A DNA stretch of 64,000 nucleotides from Bacilli bacterium (GCA_035647455.1 DASRNI010000002.1:31-64030); one strand, 5' to 3'. Shown: positions 1 through 11,117, counted from the first letter of the stretch. The notes: generated from the letters alone by a model not told the origin. A program made the numbers and translations.

Positions 1-1
1 T

Positions 2-918
<917 letters not shown>

Positions 919-919
<1 letters not shown>

Positions 920-1953
920 TGGATATTAACTTATTTGATTTTATTCTTCCTGAGCACTTAATCGCACAATATCCAAGTGAAAAGCGGGAAAATGCGCGTT
1001 TATTAGTGATAAACAAAGAAAATGAAACAATTGTTGATGAACATTTTTATGATATTACAAAGTACTTTAATCGTGGCGATGTTTTAGTAATTAACGACAC
1101 AAAAGTTATTCCGGTGCGTCTTTATGGTACGAAAATACCAACCGGTGCTAAAGTTGAAACAATTATTTTAAAGCAAATCGATGACAATCTTTACGAAGTG
1201 ATTATTCGCAATGCTAAAGTAATTCATCTCGGCACAAAGATTGATTTTGGTGAAGGAAAACTTATTGGTGAATGTACGGCAAAGCTTCGCGACGGTGTCC
1301 ACCATCTCCGTTTTAGTTATCAAGGTAAGTTTTTAGAAGTACTGGATGAAGTTGGAAGTATTCCGCTTCCGCCCTATATTAAAGACGAAAAAGAAAAATA
1401 TAGTCGTTATCAAACGGTATATGCTAAAAAGCCAGGTAGTGCAGCCGCGCCGACAGCAGGTTTTCATTTTACAGAAGCAATACTTGAAGAATTAAAAAGG
1501 CAAGGTGTTAAGGTTGCAAAGATCACGCTTAATATTGGACTCGCAACATTTAGACCACTTAAAGTTGCGCATACAAAAGATCATATTATGCACGAAGAGA
1601 CGTATGAAATTAGTCAAGAAACGGCCGACCTTTTAAATGACGCTTTAAAAACGAATGCACGAATTATTAGTGTCGGTACAACATCAACAAGAGCGCTTGA
1701 AGCAAACTATTTAAAGTATGGTGAAATTAAAGCGACAAACGAAGCGACGGACTTGTTTATTACGCCAGGCTTTAAGTTTAATGTTGTAAGCCGGCTCATA
1801 ACTAACTTTCATTTACCGAAATCAACTTTAATTATGCTTGTGAGTGCTTTTAGTAATCGCGAACTAATTTTAAAAGCATATATGCATGCGATTAGTAATA
1901 ACTATCGCTTTTTTTCATTTGGCGATGTAATGTATATTTATGGAAAAGATTAA
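919..1953 (+). CDS. queA: S-adenosylmethionine:tRNA ribosyltransferase-isomerase
   Basis: 344-aa ORF. N-terminus MDINLFDFILPEHLIAQYP, plus PLPPYI and GTTSTRALE motifs. Coupled to the tgt stop. Confidence 0.9.
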
Positions 1954-2590
1954 TTATTATAATGTTTCACTCGCAGAAATTGCGAAATTTAAAGAACTCG
2001 GCCGGAGACCCACACTCGCCCTCCATGCGTGCTGTGCCCCTTGTTCCAGTCATACATTAGAATTTTTAACAACGTATTTTGATATTACGATTGTTTATGA
2101 AAATAGTAATGTTTATCCAGAAGCGGAATTTACTAAACGCCGTGATGAAATTGAATACTTTATTGAAGAGTTTAATAAGCGCAATGAGACGAACGTTAAA
2201 ATCGTGTTCTTGCCATATGATCATGAAGGCTATATGGCTGATCTCCGTAAGTTCGCGGATGAACCCGAAGGTGGGGAAAGATGTCGACTTTGTTACGCTA
2301 AACATATTGAAGATGCACTCATATATGCAACAGAGAACGGCTTTGATTACGCGTCAACAACGCTAACTATTTCGCGGCAAAAGAATTCACAAGTAATTAA
2401 TCAAGTCGCGAAGGAAGTTAGTAAAAACTTTTCCAAAGTCAAATATTTCTATAGTGATTTTAAGAAAAAAGGCGGCTTAATGCGTGTTCAAGAAATGAAG
2501 GAAGAATATGGGCTTTATCAACAACTTTATTGTGGCTGTGAATACTCATATAGTGCGATGCTAAAACATCGGAAAAAGCCGCGAAAATAG
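1940..2590 (+). CDS. queH: Epoxyqueuosine reductase QueH (DUF208 family)
   Basis: LHACCAPCS, RCRLC and YCGCEYS cysteine clusters typical of QueH. Overlaps the queA end by 14 nt. Confidence 0.8.
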   Translation: MEKINYYNVSLAEIAKFKELGRRPTLALHACCAPCSSHTLEFLTTYFDITIVYENSNVYPEAEFTKRRDEIEYFIEEFNKRNETNVKIVFLPYDHEGYMADLRKFADEPEGGERCRLCYAKHIEDALIYATENGFDYASTTLTISRQKNSQVINQVAKEVSKNFSKVKYFYSDFKKKGGLMRVQEMKEEYGLYQQLYCGCEYSYSAMLKHRKKPRK

Positions 2591-2764
2591 TGATTATTTC
2601 ACGATTTCATGCCAAATAACGCCAAAATCAGCAAAAATGAAAACGGTTTCAAAAATTAAAAAAACAGTAAAAAAGTTGTCGACAAAAAAATGACGTAAAA
2701 TCGCCTTAAAGGCAGAAAACCGCCAACTTATATATATAAACTCCCGAAAAAATGATTGTTATAG

Positions 2765-2793
2765 TTGACACTATGACCTCATTTTAGTATTAT
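2765..2793 (+). promoter_or_regulatory. Sigma-A type promoter of the S10 operon
   Basis: TTGACA (2765-2770), 17-nt spacer, TATTAT (2788-2793), about 125 nt upstream of rpsJ. Confidence 0.6.
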
Positions 2794-2918
2794 TTAACAA
2801 GTTAGCGCATTTATTGAAATCAGAGGTTGCCGATACACCTACAAGCGTTGTCATGAAGTGAATCGGGTAATTCGGATGACAAGTAGCTAACACCTGTAGA
2901 TACAAGGAGGAACAATTC
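2794..2918 (+). promoter_or_regulatory. Structured 5' leader of the S10 operon
   Basis: About 125-nt untranslated leader with a TTGTCAT...ATGACAA stem (2848-2854 / 2876-2882) and long-range GTTAGC/GCTAAC complementarity (2801-2806 / 2886-2891). GGAGG lies 8 nt before the ATG. Confidence 0.4.
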
Positions 2919-3230
2919 ATGGCAGGAAAAAATAAGATAAGGGTTAGGCTTCAATCTTACGATCACGCTTTGCTTGATGAAGCAGTCGCGCGCATCGTTA
3001 GTTACGCTACTGAGAGTGGCGCAAAAGTCATTGGACCAATCCCCTTACCAACAGAACGGCAAGTGTATACCGTCCTTCGCAGTGTTCACGTCAACAAAGA
3101 CTCACGTGAGCAATTCGAAATAAGAACACATAAACGTTTAATCGATATCGCTGACCCAACAAAAGGAACAATCGAATTCTTACGCAAGTTCGAACTTCCA
3201 AGTGGTGTAGATATCGACATCAAATTATAG
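2919..3230 (+). CDS. rpsJ: 30S ribosomal protein S10
   Basis: 103 aa, [14 protein letters not shown]...[24 protein letters not shown]. First gene of the S10 cluster. Confidence 0.97.
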   Translation: MAGKNKIRVRLQSYDHALLDEAVARIVSYATESGAKVIGPIPLPTERQVYTVLRSVHVNKDSREQFEIRTHKRLIDIADPTKGTIEFLRKFELPSGVDIDIKL

Positions 3231-3241
3231 GAGGTAACGAA

Positions 3242-3997
3242 ATGAAAGCAATTATTGGCCGTAAAATGGGCATGACGCAAGTATTCGCTGAAGACGGAAC
3301 AGTTTATCCTGTCACAGTCGTTGAAGTGTTGCCAAACGTCGTTACCCAAATCAAAACGGTAGAAACAGATGGTTATTCAGCAATCCAAGTCGGATATGAA
3401 GATAAAAAACCAAGTCGCGTAAACAAACCGCTTAAAGGTATTTATGACAAAGCGGGTGTCACTCCGAAATACGGATTATATGAATTAAAAGGTGATGAGC
3501 TTAGTTCATATAAAGTTGGTGACGAAATTAAAGTTGACATCTTCAAAAAAGGTGATGTCATTGACGTAACCGGTCGCAGTAAAGGAAAAGGGTTTAGTGG
3601 TTCAATTCAACGTCACAATTATAAACTCGGTCCAGCTTCACACGGTTCACGTTATCACCGCGGTGTCGGATCGCTCGCAAGTGTCGGGCTTATCCCACGC
3701 ATTATCCCGGGCACAAAGATGCCGGGACATCATGGAGACGAACAAACAACAATTCTTAACTTACTCATTGTTGATGTCTTACCTGAGAAAAACGCCATTT
3801 TAGTTAAAGGCGCAATCCCAGGACCAAAAAAAGGCATTATCAAAATCCGCAGTGCAGTTAAAGAACAACTTCGCAAACGTGTTGCGAAAGAACTCATCAG
3901 TTATGAAGAAGCAGTAGTCGAAGAAGTGGTTGAAGAACCAGTCGTTGAAAATGCTGCTCCAGTAAATGAAGACGGAGGAAATGAAAATGTCAACTAA
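3242..3997 (+). CDS. rplC: 50S ribosomal protein L3 with acidic C-terminal extension
   Basis: MKAIIGRKMGMTQVF...GKGFSGSIQRHN core. About 40 extra C-terminal residues ([30 protein letters not shown]). Confidence 0.95.
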   Translation: MKAIIGRKMGMTQVFAEDGTVYPVTVVEVLPNVVTQIKTVETDGYSAIQVGYEDKKPSRVNKPLKGIYDKAGVTPKYGLYELKGDELSSYKVGDEIKVDIFKKGDVIDVTGRSKGKGFSGSIQRHNYKLGPASHGSRYHRGVGSLASVGLIPRIIPGTKMPGHHGDEQTTILNLLIVDVLPEKNAILVKGAIPGPKKGIIKIRSAVKEQLRKRVAKELISYEEAVVEEVVEEPVVENAAPVNEDGGNENVN

Positions 3998-4628
3998 AGC
4001 AAAAACAATTTCTTATCCGGTTGTCAACGCTAAAGGTGAAAGTGTTGGAACAATGCGTCTTGATCGTGAAATCTTCGGAATTGAACCGCATCTTGATGCA
4101 ATGCACCGCGCTGTTAATGTTTACTTAGCAAATTCACGTGAAGTAATTGCCAAAACAAAAGATCGCTCAGAAGTTCGCGGCGGTGGTCGCAAACCATGGC
4201 GTCAAAAAGGAACGGGACGGGCTCGTCATGGCAGCCGTCGCTCACCAATTTGGGTTGGCGGTGGTGTCACATTCGGTCCAACCGGTAAAGAAAACTTCAA
4301 AATTAGCATGAACCGTAAAGAGTACGCGCTTGCATTACGCAGTGCACTCAGCGCAAAAATCGCGGAAAAAGCATTCATCGTCATCGATGATGAACTCGAG
4401 ATTGAACCAAAGACAAAAGCAGCAGTAGGTTTATTAAACGCCATTGATGCAACTGGTAAAGTCTTAATTATTAGTGATGATAACGCCGAACTATCACTCG
4501 CCGTACGCAACTTAAAACGCGTGCAAAAAGTCGGACACGCTAAAGTTAACGTCTACGACTTATTAAACGCTGACAAAGTTGTCATCGAAAAAGCAACACT
4601 CGTTGCACTACAAGGAGGGCTTAAATAA
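3987..4628 (+). CDS. rplD: 50S ribosomal protein L4
   Basis: GGGRKPWRQKGTGRARHGSRRSPIW motif. The ATG at 3987 sits 8 nt after GGAGG (3974-3978). The ATGs at 3966 and 3981 are less well placed. Confidence 0.93.
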   Translation: MSTKAKTISYPVVNAKGESVGTMRLDREIFGIEPHLDAMHRAVNVYLANSREVIAKTKDRSEVRGGGRKPWRQKGTGRARHGSRRSPIWVGGGVTFGPTGKENFKISMNRKEYALALRSALSAKIAEKAFIVIDDELEIEPKTKAAVGLLNAIDATGKVLIISDDNAELSLAVRNLKRVQKVGHAKVNVYDLLNADKVVIEKATLVALQGGLK

Positions 4629-4975
4629 TGTCAAAAGCAAAAACATCACGTCGCGCTGAAGAAAAAATTGTTGTTAAGAAACCGACAATTGAACAGTTCG
4701 ATTTAATTATTCGCCCAATTATTACGGAAAAAACGATGGCTTTGATGCAAGATCAAAACAAAGTAACGGTTGAAGTTAGTAAAAAGGCGAACAAACAAGC
4801 AATTAAAGACGCTTTTGCAGCCGTCTTCGAAGTCGAAGTCGTTGCCGTCAAAATTATTAACACAGTTGCGAAGAAAACAAGACGCGGCGGTCGTCACGAA
4901 GGGACAATCCCCGCTGTTAAGAAAGCAATTGTTACAGTCAAAGAAGGTCAAGCAATTGATCTCTTCAGAGAATAA
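4628..4975 (+). CDS. rplW: 50S ribosomal protein L23
   Basis: IIRPIITEKTMAL core, conserved position, TAATG coupling to rplD. Basic N-terminal extension of about 18 aa. Confidence 0.93.
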   Translation: MSKAKTSRRAEEKIVVKKPTIEQFDLIIRPIITEKTMALMQDQNKVTVEVSKKANKQAIKDAFAAVFEVEVVAVKIINTVAKKTRRGGRHEGTIPAVKKAIVTVKEGQAIDLFRE

Positions 4976-4994
4976 CACGGAAAGGAGCTAGAAA

Positions 4995-5828
4995 ATGTCA
5001 ATTAAAAAGTATAAACCAACAACGCCCTCACGCCGTGGAATGACTGGCTTAACGTTTGAACAAATCACGAAAACAACGCCAGAAAAATCACTCGTCGCGC
5101 CGATTAAACGCACGGGTGGCCGCAACAATACCGGTAAAATTACAACACGGCATATCGGTGGCGGACATAAACGTAAATATCGCATTATCGACTTCCGTCG
5201 TAATAAAGATAATATTTACGGAAAAATTGCCGCGATTGAGTACGATCCAAATCGGAACGCAAATATCGCTTTAATTCATTATGAGGATGGTGAAAAACGC
5301 TACATCTTACATCCGCAAGGACTAAAAGTAGGCGCGCGCATTATCTCGGGTGAAAAAGTTGATATTCAAGTCGGTAACGCAATGCCACTATCAAGTATTC
5401 CTGATGGTACATTAATTCATAACGTCGAAATGTTACCAGGCAAAGGCGGCCAAATCGCCCGTGCCGCAGGAACAAGTGCCCAACTACTCGGTAAAGAAGG
5501 AAAATACGCAATTCTCCGCTTACAATCAAGTGAAGTTCGTAAAATTCTCTTAACATGCCGCGCAACAATTGGTGAAGTCGGTAACGAAGATTACAACTTA
5601 GTCAATCTTGGTAAAGCCGGAAAGTCACGCTGGAAAGGCATTCGCCCAACCGTTCGCGGTAGTGCAATGAACCCAGTTGATCACCCACATGGTGGTGGTG
5701 AAGGGAAGTCACCAATTGGTCATGACGCGCCACGCACACCGTGGGGCAAACGCGCACTCGGCGTAAAAACGAGAAAGAAAAATAAACAATCGTCGCAATT
5801 AATTATTCGCCGACGTAGACAAAAATAA
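4995..5828 (+). CDS. rplB: 50S ribosomal protein L2
   Basis: 277 aa, [26 protein letters not shown] and [13 protein letters not shown] motifs. Confidence 0.97.
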   Translation: MSIKKYKPTTPSRRGMTGLTFEQITKTTPEKSLVAPIKRTGGRNNTGKITTRHIGGGHKRKYRIIDFRRNKDNIYGKIAAIEYDPNRNANIALIHYEDGEKRYILHPQGLKVGARIISGEKVDIQVGNAMPLSSIPDGTLIHNVEMLPGKGGQIARAAGTSAQLLGKEGKYAILRLQSSEVRKILLTCRATIGEVGNEDYNLVNLGKAGKSRWKGIRPTVRGSAMNPVDHPHGGGEGKSPIGHDAPRTPWGKRALGVKTRKKNKQSSQLIIRRRRQK

Positions 5829-5841
5829 GGAGTGAAGATTT

Positions 5842-6141
5842 ATGGCTAGAAGTTTAAAAAAAGGTCCATTCGCTGATAAACATCTCTTAAAGAAAGTTGA
5901 TGCCTTAAATAAAGCGAATAAAAAACAAATTATTAAAACTTGGTCACGACGATCGACAATCTTCCCGTCCTTCGTCGGCCACACATTCGCAGTTCACAAC
6001 GGACGCGAACATATTACAGTTTATGTTACCGAAGACATGGTCGGACATAAACTCGGGGAATTCGCCCTCACGCGTACATATAAAGGACACACGGGGCACA
6101 CAGCTGAAGATAAAGCAGCAAGTGCACAAAGAAGGCGGTAG
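5842..6141 (+). CDS. rpsS: 30S ribosomal protein S19
   Basis: [19 protein letters not shown]...TWSRRSTI...HNGREH. Confidence 0.97.
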   Translation: MARSLKKGPFADKHLLKKVDALNKANKKQIIKTWSRRSTIFPSFVGHTFAVHNGREHITVYVTEDMVGHKLGEFALTRTYKGHTGHTAEDKAASAQRRR

Positions 6142-6151
6142 GTAAATAGTT

Positions 6152-6562
6152 ATGTCAAAAAAAGCAAAAGAAACAAAGAAAAAAGAAGCGCCAGTCGTTG
6201 AAGAGGCGCCAAAAGAAGTCCTAACTGAAGCCCGCGCCATTGCGAAAACAGTCCGTGTCACCCCACGCAAAGTTCGGCTCGTTGCCGACTTAGTCCGCGG
6301 TAAAGATGTAGGCGATGCAATCGCACTCTTACATAACATCAACAAAGCGGCAAGCGTACCGTTACGCAAAACAATTGAAAGCGCTGTTGCAAACGCAGTG
6401 AATAATCATGACCTAAATGAAGAAACACTCTACATCAGCGAATTACAAGTTAATGAATCAATTAAGTTAAAACGATACCGTCCCCGTGCTAAAGGTGCGG
6501 CAAGCGGAATCACAAAACGAACAAGTACAATTATCGTCAAAGTAAAAGAAAGAAATGCATAG
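6152..6562 (+). CDS. rplV: 50S ribosomal protein L22
   Basis: ARAIAKTVRVTPRKVRLVADLVRGK core, preceded by a charged N-terminal extension of about 25 aa. Confidence 0.95.
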   Translation: MSKKAKETKKKEAPVVEEAPKEVLTEARAIAKTVRVTPRKVRLVADLVRGKDVGDAIALLHNINKAASVPLRKTIESAVANAVNNHDLNEETLYISELQVNESIKLKRYRPRAKGAASGITKRTSTIIVKVKERNA

Positions 6563-6571
6563 GAGGAAAAT

Positions 6572-7237
6572 ATGGGACAAAAAGTAAATCCGAACGGCCT
6601 ACGTTATGGTATCTACCGTAATTGGAACAGTCGCTGGTTCGCAAAACCTAAAGATGTTGCAACTTTCCTGCATGAAGATATTAAAATTCGTGAATTTCTC
6701 ACCGGAGAACTTAAAGAAGCACTTCTTTCACACATTGAAATCGACCGCGTTAATACGTTTGAAAAAGGTTATGATGTTATCGTAACTATTCACGTTGTCC
6801 GCGTCGGTGTTGTCATGGGTCATAACAAAGAACGATTAAAAGAACTCACGGCAAAATTACGTAAAATTGTTAAAACTGGTGACTTAAAAGTCTACGTTGT
6901 TGACGTGAAAAACCCTGATCTTAACGCTGAACTCGTTGCCCAGGATATCGCTCGTCAACTCGAACAACGCGGTTCATTCCGTCTTGTCCAAAAACGCACA
7001 ATCCAACGTGTTCGTCGCGCGGGCGCAAAAGGAATCAAAACACTTGTAAGTGGACGACTTAACGGTGCAGAAATTGCCCGTAGTGAAGGTTATAAAGATG
7101 GCACCGTGCCACTCCACACATTACGCAGTGATATCGATTATGCCCACGTTGAAGCACACACAACATACGGACGCCTTGGTGTTAAAGTATGGATTTGTCG
7201 CGGTGAATACGATTTAACTAAAGGTAAGGGGGAATAA
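6572..7237 (+). CDS. rpsC: 30S ribosomal protein S3
   Basis: [14 protein letters not shown]...[12 protein letters not shown]. Confidence 0.97.
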   Translation: MGQKVNPNGLRYGIYRNWNSRWFAKPKDVATFLHEDIKIREFLTGELKEALLSHIEIDRVNTFEKGYDVIVTIHVVRVGVVMGHNKERLKELTAKLRKIVKTGDLKVYVVDVKNPDLNAELVAQDIARQLEQRGSFRLVQKRTIQRVRRAGAKGIKTLVSGRLNGAEIARSEGYKDGTVPLHTLRSDIDYAHVEAHTTYGRLGVKVWICRGEYDLTKGKGE

Positions 7238-7239
7238 CA

Positions 7240-7656
7240 GTGTTACAACCAAAAAGAACTAAATATCGCCGTCCCCAACGTCAAAGTTACGAAGGTCTCA
7301 GCAAAGGCGGGAACGAAGTACACTTTGGTGAATATGGCTTACAAGCGTTAGAAGGTGCTTACATTACAAATCGACAAATCGAAAGCGCCCGTATCGTGCT
7401 TGCAAGTTATACAAAACGGGTCGGAAAGATCTGGATTCGCATTTACCCCCACTTAGCGAAAACAAAAAAACCCGCCGAAGTTCGGATGGGTAGTGGGAAA
7501 GGAAGCCCAGAACAATGGGTTGCCGTTGTTAAGAAAAACCGCATTCTCTTTGAAATCGCGGGAGTTAATGAACAAATCGCTCGTGAAGCACTCCGGCTTG
7601 CAGCGTACAAATTACCAATTAAAACACGTGTCGTAGCAAAAAGGAAGGAGATCTAA
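7240..7656 (+). CDS. rplP: 50S ribosomal protein L16
   Basis: GTG start. [11 protein letters not shown]...[16 protein letters not shown]. Confidence 0.96.
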   Translation: MLQPKRTKYRRPQRQSYEGLSKGGNEVHFGEYGLQALEGAYITNRQIESARIVLASYTKRVGKIWIRIYPHLAKTKKPAEVRMGSGKGSPEQWVAVVKKNRILFEIAGVNEQIAREALRLAAYKLPIKTRVVAKRKEI

Positions 7657-7659
7657 GTT

Positions 7660-7857
7660 ATGAAAATTAATGAAATTCGTGAATTAAGTTTAACCGAACT
7701 TAATGAGAAAGTTTATTCGTTAAAAGAACAACTATTTCACCTTCGTCGTCAACAAGCTGTTGGCCAACTTGAAAACGGTAAAGATATTACCCGCGTTCGT
7801 AAAGATATCGCGCGCGTCTATACCGTCTTACGTGAACGTGAATTAGGAATTAAATAA
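7660..7857 (+). CDS. rpmC: 50S ribosomal protein L29
   Basis: 65 aa, [24 protein letters not shown]. Conserved position. Confidence 0.93.
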   Translation: MKINEIRELSLTELNEKVYSLKEQLFHLRRQQAVGQLENGKDITRVRKDIARVYTVLRERELGIK

Positions 7858-7870
7858 GGGGACGCGAATT

Positions 7871-8266
7871 ATGGAATTAACTAGAAATAAACGGGCAACA
7901 CTCGAAGGTGTTGTCATCGCTAACGCTAACGATAAAACAATTACTGTTCTTGTCGAAACATATAAACGCCATCCACTTTATGGCAAACGCGTCAAAAATC
8001 GTAAAAAGTATTATGCACATGACGAAAACAACGTCGCTAATGTTGGTGACCAAGTTTTAATCAGTGCTGCTCGTCCAATGAGCAAAACAAAGCGCTGGCG
8101 CCTTGTTAAAGTTGTTGAACTTGCTGAAGTTACAATTGAAGAATTCCAAGAAGCACTTGAGCAAGAAGAAGAAGCACTTGAAGCCGCCGAAGCCGAAGAA
8201 GTGGTTGAAGAAGTTGTGGAAGAAGCAGTTGCAGAAGCCGCAAAAGATGAGGAGGATGCAGCATGA
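7871..8266 (+). CDS. rpsQ: 30S ribosomal protein S17 with acidic C-terminal extension
   Basis: [29 protein letters not shown] core. About 45 extra acidic residues. TGA stop overlaps the rplN ATG (ATGA). Confidence 0.95.
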   Translation: MELTRNKRATLEGVVIANANDKTITVLVETYKRHPLYGKRVKNRKKYYAHDENNVANVGDQVLISAARPMSKTKRWRLVKVVELAEVTIEEFQEALEQEEEALEAAEAEEVVEEVVEEAVAEAAKDEEDAA

Positions 8267-8637
8267 TTATTGTTGAATCAAAAATAAACGTCGCTGATAA
8301 CTCTGGTGCACGCGTTGGTCGTGTGATTCGTCTCTTAGGCGGCAGCGTTCGTCGCTCAAGTAACATTGGTGACATCGTACTCTTAAGTGTGCGACAAGCA
8401 CTTCCAAACTCAAAAGTTAAAAAAGGTGACATCGTTCGTGGCATTATTGTCCGCACGAAAAAAGGCATCTTACGGCCGGATGGCTCAACGATCAAGTTTG
8501 ATGATAACGCGGTTGTCTTAATTGACGACAACGGCACAATGCTTGGTACGCGTGTCTTCGGACCCGTCGCCCGTGAATTACGTGAGAAAGGCGAAGGAGC
8601 AATGAGAATTATTAGTCTTGCTCCGGAAGTATTATAA
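8263..8637 (+). CDS. rplN: 50S ribosomal protein L14
   Basis: VADNSGAR...[10 protein letters not shown]...SLAPEVL. Confidence 0.97.
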   Translation: MIIVESKINVADNSGARVGRVIRLLGGSVRRSSNIGDIVLLSVRQALPNSKVKKGDIVRGIIVRTKKGILRPDGSTIKFDDNAVVLIDDNGTMLGTRVFGPVARELREKGEGAMRIISLAPEVL

Positions 8638-8649
8638 GGAGGTACCGTT

Positions 8650-8958
8650 ATGCATATTAAAAAAGGTGATAAAGTAATCGTCATTACTGGTGCCGATAAA
8701 GGAAAAACCGGAATTGTCCAACGGGCATATCCGAAATTACAAAAAGTTGTTGTTGAAGGTGTCAACGTTAAAAAGAAACACCGTAAACCAACACAAAACA
8801 ACCCAGAAGGATCAATTCTTGAAGTGTACGCACCGATTCATGTGAGTAACGTCGCACTCATTGATCCAAAAACAAAGAAACCAACCCGCGTTGGAGTCAG
8901 AATCGAAAAAGGACAAAAAGTTCGCTACGCTAAAAAGTCGGGCGAAACAATTAAATAG
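8650..8958 (+). CDS. rplX: 50S ribosomal protein L24
   Basis: [24 protein letters not shown] motif. Conserved position. Confidence 0.96.
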   Translation: MHIKKGDKVIVITGADKGKTGIVQRAYPKLQKVVVEGVNVKKKHRKPTQNNPEGSILEVYAPIHVSNVALIDPKTKKPTRVGVRIEKGQKVRYAKKSGETIK

Positions 8959-8969
8959 GAGGTCGTAAC

Positions 8970-9941
8970 ATGGCAGAAGATAAAGTAAAAAAAGTCACGG
9001 AAGCGACTGAAAAAGCCCCGGCAAAAAAGCCCGCGGCTAAACCTAAAACAGTAACGAAACCGAAAGCTGACCCAAAACCAAAAGCGGAAGTAAAAGCAGA
9101 ATCGAAACCGAAGGCCGCAGCGAAACCAAAGGCCGAAGTAAAACCTAAAGCCGCAGCGAAACCGAAGGCAGAAGTTAAGCCAAAGGCCGATGCAAAGCCA
9201 AAAGCTGACGCAAAACCTAAAGCTGACGCAAAACCGAAGGCAGCAGCGAAACCTAAAGCTGAAGCAAAACCAAAAGTTGAAGCAAAGCCAAAAGCAGCCG
9301 CGAAACCTAAAGCTGAAGCAAAGCCAAAGGCAGCTGCGAAACCTAAAGCCGCAGCAAAACCAAAGGCAGCAGCGAAAAAGCCGGCCGCTCCGAAAAAAGT
9401 GGAGAACCGCTTACTTGTTAAGTACAAAGAAGACGTTGTGCCAGCATTAATGAAACAGTTTAACTACACTTCAGTAATGCAAGTACCAAAACTTCATAAA
9501 ATTGTTCTAAACATGGGTGTTGGTGATGCCGCACAAAATGCGAAGTTACTTGAAGACGCCGTTCGTGAACTTACCGTTATTGCTGGTCAAAAACCAGTCG
9601 TAACAAAAGCGAAGAAGAGTGAAGCTTCATTCCGTCTTCGTGAAGGCCAACTTATTGGTACGAAAGTCGACTTACGTGGTGAAAGAATGTACGCATTCCT
9701 TGATAAACTCATGAGTATTGCGCTTCCCCGTGTTCGTGACTTCCGTGGTGTGAGTAAAAACTCATACGATGGTCATGGTAACTACACATTAGGTGTTCGA
9801 GAACAATTAATTTTCCAAGAAATTGATTTCGATCAAATTAATAAAATCCGCGGTATGGACATTGTTATTGTTACAACCGCAAATACAGATGAAGAAGCGC
9901 ATGCATTACTCAAAAATCTCGGCATGCCGTTTCAACGCTAG
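8970..9941 (+). CDS. rplE: 50S ribosomal protein L5 fused to a Lys/Ala/Pro repeat N-terminal extension of about 143 aa
   Basis: Strong RBS (AGGAGG) before the ATG at 8970. Residues 146-323 ([42 protein letters not shown]...) are a canonical L5. Residues 1-143 are AKPKAx repeats. Confidence 0.92.
   Translation: MAEDKVKKVTEATEKAPAKKPAAKPKTVTKPKADPKPKAEVKAESKPKAAAKPKAEVKPKAAAKPKAEVKPKADAKPKADAKPKADAKPKAAAKPKAEAKPKVEAKPKAAAKPKAEAKPKAAAKPKAAAKPKAAAKKPAAPKKVENRLLVKYKEDVVPALMKQFNYTSVMQVPKLHKIVLNMGVGDAAQNAKLLEDAVRELTVIAGQKPVVTKAKKSEASFRLREGQLIGTKVDLRGERMYAFLDKLMSIALPRVRDFRGVSKNSYDGHGNYTLGVREQLIFQEIDFDQINKIRGMDIVIVTTANTDEEAHALLKNLGMPFQR
9036..9398 (+). repeat. In-frame 18-nt tandem repeat tract, about 20 units, encoding [AV]KPKA[ADE]
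   Basis: Direct reading gives GCnAAaCCnAAaGCnGAn units with synonymous variation. It lies inside the rplE ORF. Confidence 0.9.
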
Positions 9942-9949
9942 GAGGAAAT

Positions 9950-10135
9950 ATGGCAAAGAAAAGTAAACGAGTCGCCCAACAGCGCAAACCTAAATTCAAA
10001 GTAAGACAATACTCACGGTGTGTGCGTTGTGGCCGTCCACATAGTGTTTATCGTAAGTTTGGTGTATGCCGTATTTGCTTACGCGAACTAGCATACAAAG
10101 GGGAAATCCCCGGAATGAAGAAATCAAGTTGGTAA
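9950..10135 (+). CDS. rpsN: 30S ribosomal protein S14, short zinc-binding (type Z) form
   Basis: 61 aa with CVRCGRP...CRIC. Confidence 0.95.
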   Translation: MAKKSKRVAQQRKPKFKVRQYSRCVRCGRPHSVYRKFGVCRICLRELAYKGEIPGMKKSSW

Positions 10136-10148
10136 GGAGGTAGCAACA

Positions 10149-10544
10149 ATGAGTATGACAGATCCAATTGCAGATATGCTAACAAGAATTCGCAATGCGA
10201 ACAGTTTAATGCATGAAAGTGTTGCAATGCCTCACAGCAAAGCAAAAACGCACATTGCAAAAATATTAAAAGAAGAAGGGTTCATTATTGACTATAGCGT
10301 TAGTGGTGAACTCAAAAAAACATTAACATTAATTTTAAAGTACGGTAGTAACGGTGAAAAAGTTATTAACGGTTTAAAACGTATTTCAAAACCTGGTTTA
10401 CGTGTTGTCACAACGCACGATAAACTCCCCCGTGTTTATAGCGGCATGGGGATTGCGATCATTTCAACATCACAAGGGGTAATGACTGATCAAAAAGCAC
10501 GCGCACTTGGCGTCGGCGGTGAAGTCATTTGCTACGTTTGGTAA
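10149..10544 (+). CDS. rpsH: 30S ribosomal protein S8
   Basis: [15 protein letters not shown]. Confidence 0.97.
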   Translation: MSMTDPIADMLTRIRNANSLMHESVAMPHSKAKTHIAKILKEEGFIIDYSVSGELKKTLTLILKYGSNGEKVINGLKRISKPGLRVVTTHDKLPRVYSGMGIAIISTSQGVMTDQKARALGVGGEVICYVW

Positions 10545-10555
10545 GGGGGTAACTT

Positions 10556-11098
10556 ATGTCAAGAATTGGTTATAAAGTTATTAAAGTACCAGCCGGTGTT
10601 GAAATAGCGTTAAAAGATAATGTTGTCACCGTTAAAGGTGAAAAAGGTGTTAATGAAGTCCGTATTCCGGAATTTATTTCGCTCGATATGAGCACAGAAA
10701 ATGAAATTCACGTTAAACGGGCAAACGAACTAAAAGCAACGAAACAACTCCACGGCACAACCCGCTCGCTTCTCTATAATGCGATCGTTGGTGTTAGTGA
10801 AGGTTACACAATTAAGCTTGAATTAATCGGCATTGGTTATCGGGCCGCAATGGATGGCGAACGCGTCATTCTTGAAGTCGGTTATTCACACGAAACAAGT
10901 GTGAGTCCTGTTCCTGGTGCCGTAATTACGGTTGAAAAACCAACGCTCATCAGTGTGACTGGTCATAACAAACAAGCCGTTGGTCAAACCGCCGCAGAAA
11001 TTCGCCGGATTCGTCCACCTGAACCATATAAAGGTAAAGGAATTAAATATGTTGATGAAGTTATTCGACGTAAAGAAGGAAAACGCGCAGGCGCGTAA
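10556..11098 (+). CDS. rplF: 50S ribosomal protein L6
   Basis: MSRIGYKVIKVPAGV...PEPYKGKGIKY. Confidence 0.97.
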   Translation: MSRIGYKVIKVPAGVEIALKDNVVTVKGEKGVNEVRIPEFISLDMSTENEIHVKRANELKATKQLHGTTRSLLYNAIVGVSEGYTIKLELIGIGYRAAMDGERVILEVGYSHETSVSPVPGAVITVEKPTLISVTGHNKQAVGQTAAEIRRIRPPEPYKGKGIKYVDEVIRRKEGKRAGA

Positions 11099-11117
11099 TT
11101 AGGAAGGAAATAATATT

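Noticed and set aside
5944-6369. 141-aa - strand ORF. Similar antisense or alternate-frame ORFs occur at 28678-29100, 30168-30611, 46511-46903, 11545-11970 and 31985-32395.
   Set aside because: All are nested in strongly supported conserved genes (rpsS/rplV, rpoB, rpoC, permease, rpsE) and lack RBS or motifs. They are treated as chance ORFs.
8130-8801. 223-aa - strand ORF.
   Set aside because: It lies antisense to rpsQ, rplN and rplX, which have unmistakable ribosomal-protein sequences. It has no start context or recognisable motifs.
9036-9398. Regular short tandem repeats that might be mistaken for a CRISPR array or a non-coding satellite.
   Set aside because: The period is 18 nt with no spacers, and the repeats sit in frame inside rplE downstream of a strong RBS. 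This is a coding hexapeptide repeat.
8951-9427. 158-aa - strand ORF rich in FGFA repeats.
   Set aside because: It is the antisense reading of the AKPKAx repeat tract inside rplE. It has no RBS and arises from low-complexity sequence.
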